Shown in pieces: positions 29,981 to 39,812 of a stretch of 64,000 nucleotides of DNA (position 1 is its first letter; every line of letters starts with the position of its first letter). The DNA is taken from assembly GCA_963846575.1 (NCBI GenBank), contig CAWJWJ010000001.1:480001-544000 (forward strand), read 5' to 3'. The position numbers were made by a program, and so were the translations under genes. Below the pieces are notes generated by a model. That model saw only the letters and a list, made by a program, of their open reading frames with translations, ran no database searches and was not told the DNA's origin. Origin of the DNA: an uncultured Nitrospiraceae bacterium. GTDB lineage: Bacteria; Nitrospirota; Nitrospiria; Nitrospirales; Nitrospiraceae.

Positions 29981-31240
29981 ATGCGTATAGAGGGTGATCT
30001 CAGTCGAGCCCGGCTCACGTCCCCCACGTTTCCTTGCAGCCGCGTGGCCCGTTTTCTGATTGGTGCATTCACGCTCAGCCTGGCCATGATGTTCGCCTGT
30101 CCGGATCCGAGCCAGGCCGATGTGCGCGTCGTGACGGGATCGGGTGCTCATCGGATGAGCGATCGAGAGACTAAAGCAGATGCCGTCCGACTCGCCTCGG
30201 AGCAGGCCAAGAAGCAGGCGCTGGAACAGGTCGCTTCCTACCTGGAGAGTGTGACGGTGGTGCGTGATCTGGACATCACCCAGGATGAAATTCGCAGTTA
30301 TACCGCCGGCATGGTGTTGGTTCTTGATCAACAGGTGCGAACTGAGCTCGATGGAGAAATTATCGTCATTGTTGTCGAACTGACTGTGCAAGTAGACACC
30401 GATGAAGTTGCCCGGGCCATTGACGCGCTGAGGCAGAACGAGGACGCGAGAGAGCAATTACTTGCGCTGAGACAGGATGTGGATCACTTGCAGCAGAAGC
30501 TCGAGGCAGCCAACGGGGCGCTCGCGGCGGCCACATCACCCGAACAGGCTCAACAACTGACTGACGAGCGGAATGTCCTGCTCGATCGCGCGCAGTCCGA
30601 TGCGATGGTGGCGCAAGCCTGGACCGACTGGGTCCTGCTTGCGCCGATCCTGCAATCCTCTCCATCGACCGGTCTCGCGCAGGTGCATGCGCTGCTCGCC
30701 TTTGCCAGCCGGTTGAGCCCCCACAACCCCCACCTCGCCATCGCGCAACAGACCGTGGGAGCCAAATCGCCCCCGGCGCCGCCTCAGCCCCGCCGGCCCC
30801 CCGTTCCGCATACCGTCCCCTTTCTGCCGGGATATGCCGTCACGCCCCAACAGCCTGGTCAACCTGACTCGACACCGTTGACGAGCTCCCAGCGGCAGCC
30901 GAACATCTATCAGCTCAACCCACTGTCGCCTACAGCGTCGGGACAGCCCGCGCAAACAGGACGTATGCCGACGATCCTCCAGGCGCCCGCGCAACCGGGC
31001 CGATCCCTGCAGAACTCGAGTCGAGGAATGATGCCGACCTATCGACAAGTCCCGCCGCCGAACGGTCGCCCGGCTCCCCTGACGCTGCACACCTATCAGG
31101 CTGGGAGCGAGAAGGTCCCTTCGTCCGCACCCCGACCGTCAGTCGTTTCACCCGGAATTTCGCCACCTGCCTCTCAGCGGGTCCCACGGACCCGTCTGCC
31201 AGGTGCGCGCGATACGGCGACAACAGAGGAGGGGAAATAA
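29981..31240 (+). CDS. Exported protein: LPP20/FlgT-N-like domain, coiled coil, Pro-rich tail
   Basis: Hydrophobic signal segment, AKKQALEQVASYLESVTVV...EIRSYTAG, coiled coil, low-complexity C-terminus; start uncertain. Confidence 0.7.
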   Translation: MRIEGDLSRARLTSPTFPCSRVARFLIGAFTLSLAMMFACPDPSQADVRVVTGSGAHRMSDRETKADAVRLASEQAKKQALEQVASYLESVTVVRDLDITQDEIRSYTAGMVLVLDQQVRTELDGEIIVIVVELTVQVDTDEVARAIDALRQNEDAREQLLALRQDVDHLQQKLEAANGALAAATSPEQAQQLTDERNVLLDRAQSDAMVAQAWTDWVLLAPILQSSPSTGLAQVHALLAFASRLSPHNPHLAIAQQTVGAKSPPAPPQPRRPPVPHTVPFLPGYAVTPQQPGQPDSTPLTSSQRQPNIYQLNPLSPTASGQPAQTGRMPTILQAPAQPGRSLQNSSRGMMPTYRQVPPPNGRPAPLTLHTYQAGSEKVPSSAPRPSVVSPGISPPASQRVPRTRLPGARDTATTEEGK

Positions 31241-31242
31241 AG

Positions 31243-31803
31243 ATGGCACTGCGTTCGGACCGCATTCGCGCCGGCGGATGGCTCCTCTGCGCCCTGCTGA
31301 TCGCACCGCCCGCAATGGCGGCAGACATGGCCATGCCTGACGTTCGCGATCACGCCGACCAGACCTTCCAAGAACTCCACCGGGGGGAGCGAACTCTCTC
31401 CCCGGCGCCAAGAACCTCTCCGCCGTCCGAGCAGGCGCATCCCTACGACGCCGAACGGGATCTGATCGGACAGGGTCAGGGTGATCTCAGTAAAGGCAAA
31501 CTGGTCTGTCAACGCGTGTCCGAGCTGGCCGCCCGAGCGGACATTGCCAAACAAATCCGGGTACTGGTAAAGGAGCACGCGATCGACCGCGTACGTGAAC
31601 GAACCGGTCGGGAAGTCGAGCAGGACATCGAGGTCGTGCGCGAAGAGATAGTTCAAGAATACCTGCAGGGGGTCACCATCGTTGACCGCCGCACCGACGA
31701 AGAAGCCAAGACCTGTTCTGCCGTGGCCGTGATGCCGAAACGTCGCCCGGTTTCGAATCCTCCGCAGGAACTGCCCGCCCCCGATTCGGCTGCACGCCGG
31801 TAA
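31243..31803 (+). CDS. Exported LPP20-like protein
   Basis: Signal peptide (AMA); LIGQG...AARADIAKQIRV...LQGVTIV; 2-nt gap after upstream gene. Confidence 0.7.
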   Translation: MALRSDRIRAGGWLLCALLIAPPAMAADMAMPDVRDHADQTFQELHRGERTLSPAPRTSPPSEQAHPYDAERDLIGQGQGDLSKGKLVCQRVSELAARADIAKQIRVLVKEHAIDRVRERTGREVEQDIEVVREEIVQEYLQGVTIVDRRTDEEAKTCSAVAVMPKRRPVSNPPQELPAPDSAARR

Positions 31804-31872
31804 GCCTGTGCCGCGGAATCATCTGTCTCTCCATTGAACTTCGCGCTCCGTTTCGGGTAAGACAATCTTCCC

Positions 31873-33141
31873 ATGCCCATCGAGAACAATTTCCAGCACG
31901 ACGAACTCTCCCGTAAAAATCCCGGCGACCGGCTCGCTTATGCGGATTGGACGACGCCCCCCGACTCGGACTCTCCGGCCTGGCAGGAAGCGATGAGCCA
32001 AGCGGGAGAGAAGCTGTCTCAGGCCGGGGTGCGGCTGATCATGTTTCTCCACGGGTCAATCCCGGGCACCGACGTTTTTGGATTGGGGCGGCTCGACGAA
32101 GTGGGAGGTCTCAAACGAGGCTATTCACGCGGCATTTCCGGACTGGATTCGCTGCTCTCGCTCATGCGGGAAGGCACGAACGGCATCACCCCGCTGCCCG
32201 GGGGCCTGGCGCCGCCACTCACCAACGACGAAGCCACGAGAAACCTGCTCGACACACAAATCGGCGACGCCGGCAATTTCACGACTGCTACGGTCGACCG
32301 GTGCCGGAAAGCCTTCAATCAGCGCCTGACGAAGCCCCTGATCTGCATCCGTGAACTCTGGTCCGGCGAGCACCATCATGTAGGGCGTGCTCTTGCGGCC
32401 TGTCGCCTACTGGACCGTCTCCGCGCGCTTGTTCTGGAGCAACATCTCGGCGCCGGCGACCGCCTGCTAGTGCAGGCTCATGGCCAGGCGGGGCTCGTGT
32501 TGGCCCTGGCTTCCAATCTCCTGTGCCCCTCTCCCGTTACGGGCCGGAAAACGCTCTTCGAACTCCTGCTGGGCCTCTCCGCGCAGGGACCGGACGCGGA
32601 GGCCATTCACCGCATTGAGCCGCTGTTGACTAACGGCACGTTGCTCAATGGCGCGACACTCGATATCGTCACTTTCGGCACGCCGGTGCGGTACGGCTGG
32701 GACCCATCCGGCATCGGCAGACTGTTGCACATCGTGAACCATCGCAATTTGCGGACCGATGGAAAAACCTGGCTCTCAAAAATGGATATGCCGCAAATTA
32801 CCGTTGAGATGCCGATCGCGTGGGGCGGTGACTACGTCCAGCAACTCGCCGCCGCGGGCAGCGATGCCCTTCCGAAGAGCGACGCTGCCAAGTCTGCCAA
32901 CAAAGCCATTTGGGAATTAGTGGAACCCTACGACGGCTTCGAACGCTGGGTGGAATGCGCCCGACGCGCCGGACGTTTCCCAAGCGAAGGGCAATGCCTG
33001 CTCGTCGATTACAAAGACTGCACCAGCTCCACCAACGTCCGCGACCACTACTACGGCCATGCTGCCTACACGCGAACGAACGCGATCCTCTTCAACTTCA
33101 ATCAAATCGTCGCCCGGCTTTATTCATCATCTCCTGATTGA
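31873..33141 (+). CDS. Alpha/beta-hydrolase-like protein, nucleophile elbow AHGQAG
   Basis: FLHG, AHGQAG, IVTFGTPVRY, GGDYVQ, YGH. Confidence 0.7.
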   Translation: MPIENNFQHDELSRKNPGDRLAYADWTTPPDSDSPAWQEAMSQAGEKLSQAGVRLIMFLHGSIPGTDVFGLGRLDEVGGLKRGYSRGISGLDSLLSLMREGTNGITPLPGGLAPPLTNDEATRNLLDTQIGDAGNFTTATVDRCRKAFNQRLTKPLICIRELWSGEHHHVGRALAACRLLDRLRALVLEQHLGAGDRLLVQAHGQAGLVLALASNLLCPSPVTGRKTLFELLLGLSAQGPDAEAIHRIEPLLTNGTLLNGATLDIVTFGTPVRYGWDPSGIGRLLHIVNHRNLRTDGKTWLSKMDMPQITVEMPIAWGGDYVQQLAAAGSDALPKSDAAKSANKAIWELVEPYDGFERWVECARRAGRFPSEGQCLLVDYKDCTSSTNVRDHYYGHAAYTRTNAILFNFNQIVARLYSSSPD

Positions 33142-33525
33142 CGAGTTCAACATCCCGCCACTGCCATCCGATCGGCGATGGGCTTGGCTAGCTCTAACAT
33201 TGAGTCTCTCTCTGCCTGCTCGCGGATGCGCAAAACAGACCATGCCGGCCGGCGACGCAACCGATTCATCGTCGATCGACGATATGCTCGCTCTGACCGC
33301 AGCGAATGTTCGTGGACGTCCAAATTTGTAGGCGAGCATGGTCCATCGTCACCTCCAGTCGAATGCGGCGCGAAGCCTTACAATCTGCCGGTGTCAGTGC
33401 TGAGATGAGCGGCGTCGTGAATTCGATTTACGTGGGCTGACGGAGGTCGATTAACCTGCCCGACTAAGGCCGAGCTTGGCTTGGACGCGCGCCTCTTGCG
33501 TTTCGAGATAGCGATTCGCCCGTCA

Positions 33526-34139
33526 TTAGGACGCCTGACATTGCGTCCCGTATGGCGTCCGATCCGTGTGCGCGCTCTTTCCAGGAAAGGTCTTGCGCAG
33601 GACTTGAGCGCGATCACGCAATGAGCTCACCGACTCGCCCCTCCCGATCCTCTCTAGGCTGGTTGCGTATTCATCGAGCAGATCGGCATAACCGAGCGGA
33701 TCACGCGTCTCCAGCTGACGCTTCTCGAGATCAGCTATCACTCGCTCGAAATATTCAACCGCCTTGTCATACCGCCCTCTATCAAATTCATGCGAGCCAA
33801 CTCCACGAGCGACATGTAGGCAGGACCACTAATTTGTTGATCCAGATTGTAGGCTTCGTTCAGTCCCCGCTCGGCCTCCGGCCAATCGCAGATGACCCCA
33901 GACGCTCGCCCATACTCGTAATAGAGCACTGCCCGCGTTCTGTCGTCGCCATGCCCCATCCGCACGTTGGCAATAGCGAGACCGAAATTCTTTCTGGCCT
34001 CTGCCCAAGCTCCGTTTCGGACGGCTGCCTGGCCGGCAACAGCGTATCGTTGAGCATTGTGCATATTGATCGAGTTCGCACAACCCGCCATCACTAGTAA
34101 CAACAAAGCCCCGCTCGCGGCGATCCACGGCCGCGCCAT
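33526..34139 (-). pseudogene. TPR lipoprotein split by a 1-nt frameshift near 33785
   Basis: Lipobox MAGC; ...ELARMN continues in another frame as DRGRYDKAVEYFERVIADLEKRQ into ORF 33526..33741. Confidence 0.8.
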
Positions 34140-34188
34140 TTTTACCCTCCTTCGTCCGGTTGAGCCTCGGGGCAAGTCGCCCGTTCTG

Positions 34189-34575
34189 CTAATACGGCAT
34201 CTCGTCGTCACTCAGCCCGAAGTGGTGCCCGATCTCATGCACGACCGTGTCACGCACTTCCTGCACCACTTCATTCCTGGTTCGACAGATTCTCAGAATC
34301 GGCCCACGGTAGATGGAGATTTTGGCCGGTAGTTGCCCGCCGGCCTGAAAGAAGGATTCATGGTCGATGGAGAGCCCCTGATAGAGGCCGAGGAGATCTT
34401 CGTCTTCCTCCATTTCCAGATCGGCTAGAAGTTCCGGCGCTGGCTCTTCTTCCACCACGACGGCGACGTTGGCAATGAGTGGGACGTATTCGTCTGGCAG
34501 GCCATCCAGCGCTTCCTGCACCAGAGACTGAAACTCGGATTCGGATATGGTCAAGGTGCGTTTTCGCAGCGACAT
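34189..34575 (-). CDS. Zincin-like metallopeptidase (DUF1025 type)
   Basis: LLGLYQG, IYRGPI, TVVHEIGHHFG. Confidence 0.92.
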   Translation of the reverse strand: MSLRKRTLTISESEFQSLVQEALDGLPDEYVPLIANVAVVVEEEPAPELLADLEMEEDEDLLGLYQGLSIDHESFFQAGGQLPAKISIYRGPILRICRTRNEVVQEVRDTVVHEIGHHFGLSDDEMPY

Positions 34576-34735
34576 AGCTGAAAGAATCCTGCTCAAGCCC
34601 TGCGCGACTCCCACGGTCTTTCTTCAGGGAAGAGTATGGCCTGAATCAGATGCAGACGTTCAAACCGGCTGTCGGGCAAAGCCGCAGTGAGTCATGCGAT
34701 TCAAAGGCAGCCGGACAGCCGGTTTGCACAGCCCG

Positions 34736-37378
34736 CTACGGATGGGCCACACGCCAGTTCAACCCCACTCCCAAGTCCACCTTGAGCGGTACCGACAGTC
34801 CCAAGGCCGCTCCCGTGGCTTCCATCTCCTGCTTCACGAGCTGCTTCGCCGGTTCCAGTTCCTGGTCCGGCACTTCAAAGATCAGTTCGTCATGGACTTG
34901 GAGAATCATCTTGCAGTGAGGCAGTTCCGACTGCAAACGACGATGCACATTGATCATGGCCACCTTGATGAGATCTGCCGCCGACCCTTGAATCGGGCTG
35001 TTGACCGCCATTCGTTCACCAGCGCCCCGCTGCGACGGATCTCCGCTCTGCAATTCAGGAATAGGCCGGCGACGGCCCAGGATCGTCGTCGTATAACCCT
35101 TGGTCTTCCCGTCGTCGATATTCCGGTCCATCAATGCCCGGACGGCTGCAAACTTCTCGAAGAACGTCTCGATATATTTTTTCGCATCGGCTTGCGAGAC
35201 GCCGATGTTGGAGGCCAGGCCGAACGGACTGATCCCATAAACGATTCCGAAGACCACGCTCTTCGCTGCGCGCCGCATCTCGCGCGTGACCTGATCGGCC
35301 GGAAGATTGAAGATCTCCATGGCCGTGGCCATGTGGATGTCCTCACCTTGCTCAAATACCTGCAGCAAGCGGGGGTCCTGCGAAAGGTGAGCCAGGATGC
35401 GCGGCTCAACCTGACTGTAGTCGGCGCAGAGCAGCTGATGCCCCAGCGGCGCGATGAACGCCTCGCGGATGCGCAGGCCGTAGTCGCCTTTGACCGGAAT
35501 ATTCTGAAGATTGGGTTCGGTGGAGGAGAGACGTCCCGTTGCTGCAACAGTCTGATTCAAGGAGGTATGGAGTCGCTTGCTGTCAGAGTTCACCAGTTGC
35601 GGGAGCGCATCGACATAGGTCGACTTCAGCTTGGTCAAGGTGCGGTAATTCAAAATGAGCGCCGGAAGCTCATGCTGGGCTGCGAGTTGCGTCAGCGTGT
35701 CTTCGTCCGTTGAATAACCGGTTTTCGTTTTGCGAAGCGGCTTGAGGCCCAGATTTTCGAAGAGCACGGTCGCGAGCTGCTTCGGTGACCCGATATTAAA
35801 TTCCCCGCCGGCCAGGCGGTGAATCGTTCCCACCATTTGATCCAGCTCACGTTCTAACTCCTTGCTCAGATCCTGGAGGCCCTCGACGTCGAGTAGGAAC
35901 CCGTTGCGTTCGATATCGGCCAGCACCGGCACCAACGGCATCTCCACGTCTTGAAACAAGATAAGACTTCCCTGCCCCGCAAGCCGCTCCCGTAACATCG
36001 GCGCCACCTTCGCCACGACCGACGCTGCTTCTGCTGCCTGACGTACCAGCCCCTCCTCCGCCTCGAACAGCGATGTAGGTTCGCCAGTCTCTGCACCGGC
36101 TCCTCCGCCGAGCTGGTAACTCAGCAGATCCATCGCAATGGCCTCCACGCTGTGTGTGCGGCGATTGGGATTGAGTAGATAATCGGCAACCATGACGTCG
36201 AAATAGGGACCGGCCATCTCCACAGCCTGACGAGAGAGGGCCACCAGAAAGGGTTTGAGATCATGCCCCGCTTTGATTCTGTCCGTTCCCGTCAGCAGCT
36301 CGCCGATGGGACGCGGCCAGCTTCGCACCTCCCCCTGCAGGAAGGCCGCGCTGCCGTCCGGCAGGCCGAGCGCACAACCCTGCATCTCGGCGCGTACGCC
36401 AGGCCCGCCGGTCAACAGGCAGGCAAGCCCGAGCGCATCGTCCTTGTCTAACCTCATGAGAAAAGATCTGGCGGCATCGTCACTGGAGATTGCTTCAAGC
36501 CTGGTCCCCAACCGGTTTTCTTCAGGGACATCTCCCTGAAATGTTTTGGCCAACGTCATGAATTCGAGCTCACGGAGTAGAGCGACGAGCATCTCCGTAT
36601 GCGGCGCTTTGGCCTTGAATCGGACCGGCGTAAACTCGACCGGACAATCCACCTGGATCGTCGCGAGGCGCTTGCTCATCCGCGCGTGTTCGCCCTGCTC
36701 CAGCAAAAGATTCTTCGTTTTGACTGGAGTGACTTCCTCGACCCGGTTCAGCAACTCCTCGATTGTGCCGAACTGCGTGATCAGTTTCACTGCCGTTTTT
36801 TCCCCGATCCCTTTGACACCGGGAATATTGTCGCTGGTATCGCCCATAAGGCCCATGATCTCGACCACCCGTGCCGGCTCGACACCAAACCGAGCTGCCG
36901 AATCCGCTGCGCCGAACCATTTGTCCTTCACGGGATCGTAAATGCGGGTTTTCGTGGTGAGCAGTTGGAACATGTCCTTATCGCTGGTGACGATGGCCAC
37001 ATCGAGACCTTCGGCCTCGGCCTTGCGCGCAAGGGTGCCGATCAGGTCGTCGGCCTCAAACCCCGACTGCCGGATCACCGGCAACGCCAAGGCCTCCACT
37101 ACACGATGAATGTAAGGAATCTGTGCGCTCATGCCCTGCGGCATCGGGGGCCGCTGCGCCTTGTATTCCTTGAAGGCCTCATGGCGATGGGTCGGTCCTT
37201 TTTCGTCAAAAACCACAGCGATATAGTCCGGTTGGTGATCCCGCAGGACTTTGAGCATCATGGTCGTAAAGCCATACACGGCGTTGGTCTGCAGGCCCTT
37301 TGAATTGGACAGAGCCGGCAAGGCAAAAAATGCCCGATAGATGTAGGCACTACCATCGATGAGATAAAGAGTCGACAT
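34736..37378 (-). CDS. polA: DNA polymerase I
   Basis: LIDGSAYIYRAFF, EADD, GRLSSTEPNLQNIP, DYSQVE, QVHDEL. Confidence 0.99.
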   Translation of the reverse strand: MSTLYLIDGSAYIYRAFFALPALSNSKGLQTNAVYGFTTMMLKVLRDHQPDYIAVVFDEKGPTHRHEAFKEYKAQRPPMPQGMSAQIPYIHRVVEALALPVIRQSGFEADDLIGTLARKAEAEGLDVAIVTSDKDMFQLLTTKTRIYDPVKDKWFGAADSAARFGVEPARVVEIMGLMGDTSDNIPGVKGIGEKTAVKLITQFGTIEELLNRVEEVTPVKTKNLLLEQGEHARMSKRLATIQVDCPVEFTPVRFKAKAPHTEMLVALLRELEFMTLAKTFQGDVPEENRLGTRLEAISSDDAARSFLMRLDKDDALGLACLLTGGPGVRAEMQGCALGLPDGSAAFLQGEVRSWPRPIGELLTGTDRIKAGHDLKPFLVALSRQAVEMAGPYFDVMVADYLLNPNRRTHSVEAIAMDLLSYQLGGGAGAETGEPTSLFEAEEGLVRQAAEAASVVAKVAPMLRERLAGQGSLILFQDVEMPLVPVLADIERNGFLLDVEGLQDLSKELERELDQMVGTIHRLAGGEFNIGSPKQLATVLFENLGLKPLRKTKTGYSTDEDTLTQLAAQHELPALILNYRTLTKLKSTYVDALPQLVNSDSKRLHTSLNQTVAATGRLSSTEPNLQNIPVKGDYGLRIREAFIAPLGHQLLCADYSQVEPRILAHLSQDPRLLQVFEQGEDIHMATAMEIFNLPADQVTREMRRAAKSVVFGIVYGISPFGLASNIGVSQADAKKYIETFFEKFAAVRALMDRNIDDGKTKGYTTTILGRRRPIPELQSGDPSQRGAGERMAVNSPIQGSAADLIKVAMINVHRRLQSELPHCKMILQVHDELIFEVPDQELEPAKQLVKQEMEATGAALGLSVPLKVDLGVGLNWRVAHP

Positions 37379-37445
37379 TGGGTACACTCACACCAATGAA
37401 AAATGAGAAGCGATCGCTCCGCCTCGAACTGAACTGAGAAGCCGA

Positions 37446-37880
37446 TTACTTTTCCGGCGCGATACTGAGCGGAGGTTTGTCGAACTTGGCACGCATGGAG
37501 TTGATCGTGCTGAGCACCGTCGACTGTCCCACGATTTTGGCTTCGATCCGACGTTTGCCGGGAAACTCAACCAGGGAAAGTCCAATCAACATCGTCAATA
37601 CTCCTTGCCCCGGCAGGAATAACATCAGAAGGCCCGCAAAGAGAAAAATCGCTCCCACCAGGTTTTTGACGATGTGCCCGATGACACGAAGCGCCGGATG
37701 GTGGTTTTCCATCCAGGGACGAGGAATCCGGATATCGAAATAGTCCGCCGGCAGCCGCATCAGAATGATCGGAATGGCCACCAGCGTCCCCACAAACATG
37801 AATACGGAGGACACTGCAAACCACAGGAGAACGTTTGCCGGCACGTAAGTTTCGATCTGCGTCAACAATTCACTGATCAC
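37446..37880 (-). CDS. PGPGW-domain membrane protein
   Basis: RLPADYF, KNLVG, LFLPGQGVLT, FPGKR; TM segments. Confidence 0.85.
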   Translation of the reverse strand: MISELLTQIETYVPANVLLWFAVSSVFMFVGTLVAIPIILMRLPADYFDIRIPRPWMENHHPALRVIGHIVKNLVGAIFLFAGLLMLFLPGQGVLTMLIGLSLVEFPGKRRIEAKIVGQSTVLSTINSMRAKFDKPPLSIAPEK

Positions 37881-37970
37881 CGGCGCATCCTAGCATGGGG
37901 CTTTGCGCGGCGGAAAGGGCTCTACAAAGCCGGTTTACGTTCCGAGGTCCCCAGGCTATAATTCGATTCT

Positions 37971-38375
37971 ATGCTGGGAACTGACACGAGCAGCGCCATC
38001 GTGAAGCGAGGGCGACTATCAGCCCGAGTCCTGGGCACTCTCTCACTTATATTGTCGCTGAGTTCCCTGGCACTTGCCGACCACCCGGTGCGAGCATCCG
38101 ACACCGGCTCCCCTGGCATGGAGTCAGACCTGCAGATCGACGTCACCAAGATCGGACTGGGCAAAGAGGTGGTGATCACCCAGGGCCGGAAGGAATGGTT
38201 CATGCGGGTGGAGGTCACCCCGGAAAATTCCGTGGTCGTGCGGCAGGAAAAAGACGGGGACCGCTATCTACTTGACGAGAGCGAGGTGCATGACCGTGCC
38301 ATGACCCCGGGTGAAGTGGAGACAGCCATCACCGATTTTGTGAACAGCGTCAGAACTCGACAGAAGGTCAAATAA
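37971..38375 (+). CDS. Exported hypothetical protein
   Basis: Signal peptide ending ALA; TTTACG-17-TATAAT upstream; alternative start GTG 38001. Confidence 0.7.
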   Translation: MLGTDTSSAIVKRGRLSARVLGTLSLILSLSSLALADHPVRASDTGSPGMESDLQIDVTKIGLGKEVVITQGRKEWFMRVEVTPENSVVVRQEKDGDRYLLDESEVHDRAMTPGEVETAITDFVNSVRTRQKVK

Positions 38376-38380
38376 CCCGC

Positions 38381-38800
38381 ATGTCAGACACACCGAAATT
38401 CGTCATCTACGCGCACAACGCCACCTACGATAAACTCCACCAGGTTGCCACCTTGGGACTGACTGCTGCCGCAATGGGCAAGGACGTGATGGTGGTGCTG
38501 TTGTTCTGGACCATCAAAAAACTGGCTGAGGGCAACATCGACGTCATCGATTTTCCGCCGGAATATGCCGGCTCGGCGGAGCAAGTGTCTCGCCTTTTGA
38601 AGGAGAAGAAGGTTCCGACGATTTCCGAGATGTTTCGCGAAGCCCGTCTCGTCGGCCAGTTTCGGCTTATTGCCTGCAGTGCCGGCCTGGAGTACATGGG
38701 GGTGGAGCCCGGAGCGGTCGAACGAAACGTGGACGAAGTCCTCGGTCTTCCCTCCATCCTCTCACTGACCGCGCAGGCCGAAACCACATTGTTTATTTAA
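38381..38800 (+). CDS. DsrE/DrsH-like protein
   Basis: TAAAMGKDV..LFW, IACSAGLEYMG, TTLFI C-terminus. Confidence 0.85.
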   Translation: MSDTPKFVIYAHNATYDKLHQVATLGLTAAAMGKDVMVVLLFWTIKKLAEGNIDVIDFPPEYAGSAEQVSRLLKEKKVPTISEMFREARLVGQFRLIACSAGLEYMGVEPGAVERNVDEVLGLPSILSLTAQAETTLFI

Positions 38801-38842
38801 CGACTCTCCGCCCTCCATCAGGCCCCATGAAAATAATCTGCA

Positions 38843-39001
38843 GACCAAGCGGCGCCCACTAATACAGACCTGCCCCCGGACGCAGGGTCGCGGTGACACC
38901 CTTCACGAGGTTACCAAACGTCTTACCCTACCGCTTCATGGATAGCTGACATATCCCGGCCTTGGCCGCCGTTATCGGTGATCTGCTCGAACCGCTTGGT
39001 C
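38843..39001. ncRNA. Candidate structured non-coding RNA, family unassigned
   Basis: 10-bp perfect closing stem GACCAAGCGG/CCGCTTGGTC enclosing several internal helices; no credible ORF. Confidence 0.45.
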
Positions 39002-39092
39002 AGTTCCGCGCACATGAGAGTGAAGAAGTGAGAATCCGCGCCGGGATGTTCACAGCGGCGGTGCGATCCTTGAACGCGAGGGCGGACCGGTC

Positions 39093-39752
39093 CTATCGCG
39101 AATGTGTCACTCCGACCCGATCACAGAACGCTGTGAGTTTGCACTGACTGCACAACGGTGAGACCGGCTGACACACGTTTTGCCCATAGGGCACGAGGAG
39201 ATCATTGAAAATAACCCAATATTCGTGCGGAAGCTTTTTGCGAAGTGCCTGTTCGGTTTCATCGGGATTGTTCGTCTTTACGTATCCCCACCGGTTACTG
39301 ATCCGGTGCACGTGAATGTCGACGCAAATCCCCGGTTTCTCATATCCAACCGTCACCACCAAGTTCGCAGTTTTTCTTCCTACCCCAGGCAAGGTCAGCA
39401 GCTCGTCGATCCTGTCCGGCACCAGGCCGTTGTACCGGTCGAGGAGTTGCGTGCAAATCTGTTGGATCTGCTTCGCCTTGGTCCGGTAGAACCCGACGGG
39501 GTAGATAGCCTGTTCAATGGCGTCCGACGTCACCTTCTGCATCGTGACGACGGTCGAAGCCAAAGCAAAGAGCCGCCGGCTGGCTTCGGCAGTCGTCTTG
39601 TCCTTGGTCCGCAGACTGAGTAGACAGGAGATCAATACGAGGAAGGGATCACGTCCGGACTGTCTGGCCACGACTCCGACAACCGGCTCAGGCCAGCGAG
39701 CGATCTCTCGCTTGACCGTCCGGATGACGGCGTGAATGTCTTTCGCCTGCAT
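39093..39752 (-). CDS. nth: Endonuclease III
   Basis: LPGVGRKTANLV HhH, VDIHVHRI, CQPVSPLCSQCKLTAFC Fe-S motif. Confidence 0.96.
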   Translation of the reverse strand: MQAKDIHAVIRTVKREIARWPEPVVGVVARQSGRDPFLVLISCLLSLRTKDKTTAEASRRLFALASTVVTMQKVTSDAIEQAIYPVGFYRTKAKQIQQICTQLLDRYNGLVPDRIDELLTLPGVGRKTANLVVTVGYEKPGICVDIHVHRISNRWGYVKTNNPDETEQALRKKLPHEYWVIFNDLLVPYGQNVCQPVSPLCSQCKLTAFCDRVGVTHSR

Positions 39753-39812
39753 GGGTCTGCCGGGAGTGGCACTGAACGGAGATGATCGGCGGAGGGAATG
39801 GAAGCCTGACGA

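Noticed and set aside
33142..33525. Short ORFs in the gap after the hydrolase-like gene (33127..33339 and a 26-codon ORF behind GGAGG)
   Set aside because: No motifs or signal; may be decayed sequence, cannot support a call
34694..35713. 339-aa plus-strand ORF
   Set aside because: Almost entirely antisense to polA
35900..36500. Degenerate 3'-5' exonuclease domain of PolA
   Set aside because: Loss of proofreading residues is common in bacterial Pol I
38856..38875. AGACCTGCC resembling the cobalamin riboswitch B12 box
   Set aside because: Other conserved blocks absent and no downstream plus-strand gene
38940..38956. 5-bp stem with 7-nt loop resembling a tRNA anticodon arm
   Set aside because: No U33, T-loop, D-loop or acceptor stem geometry
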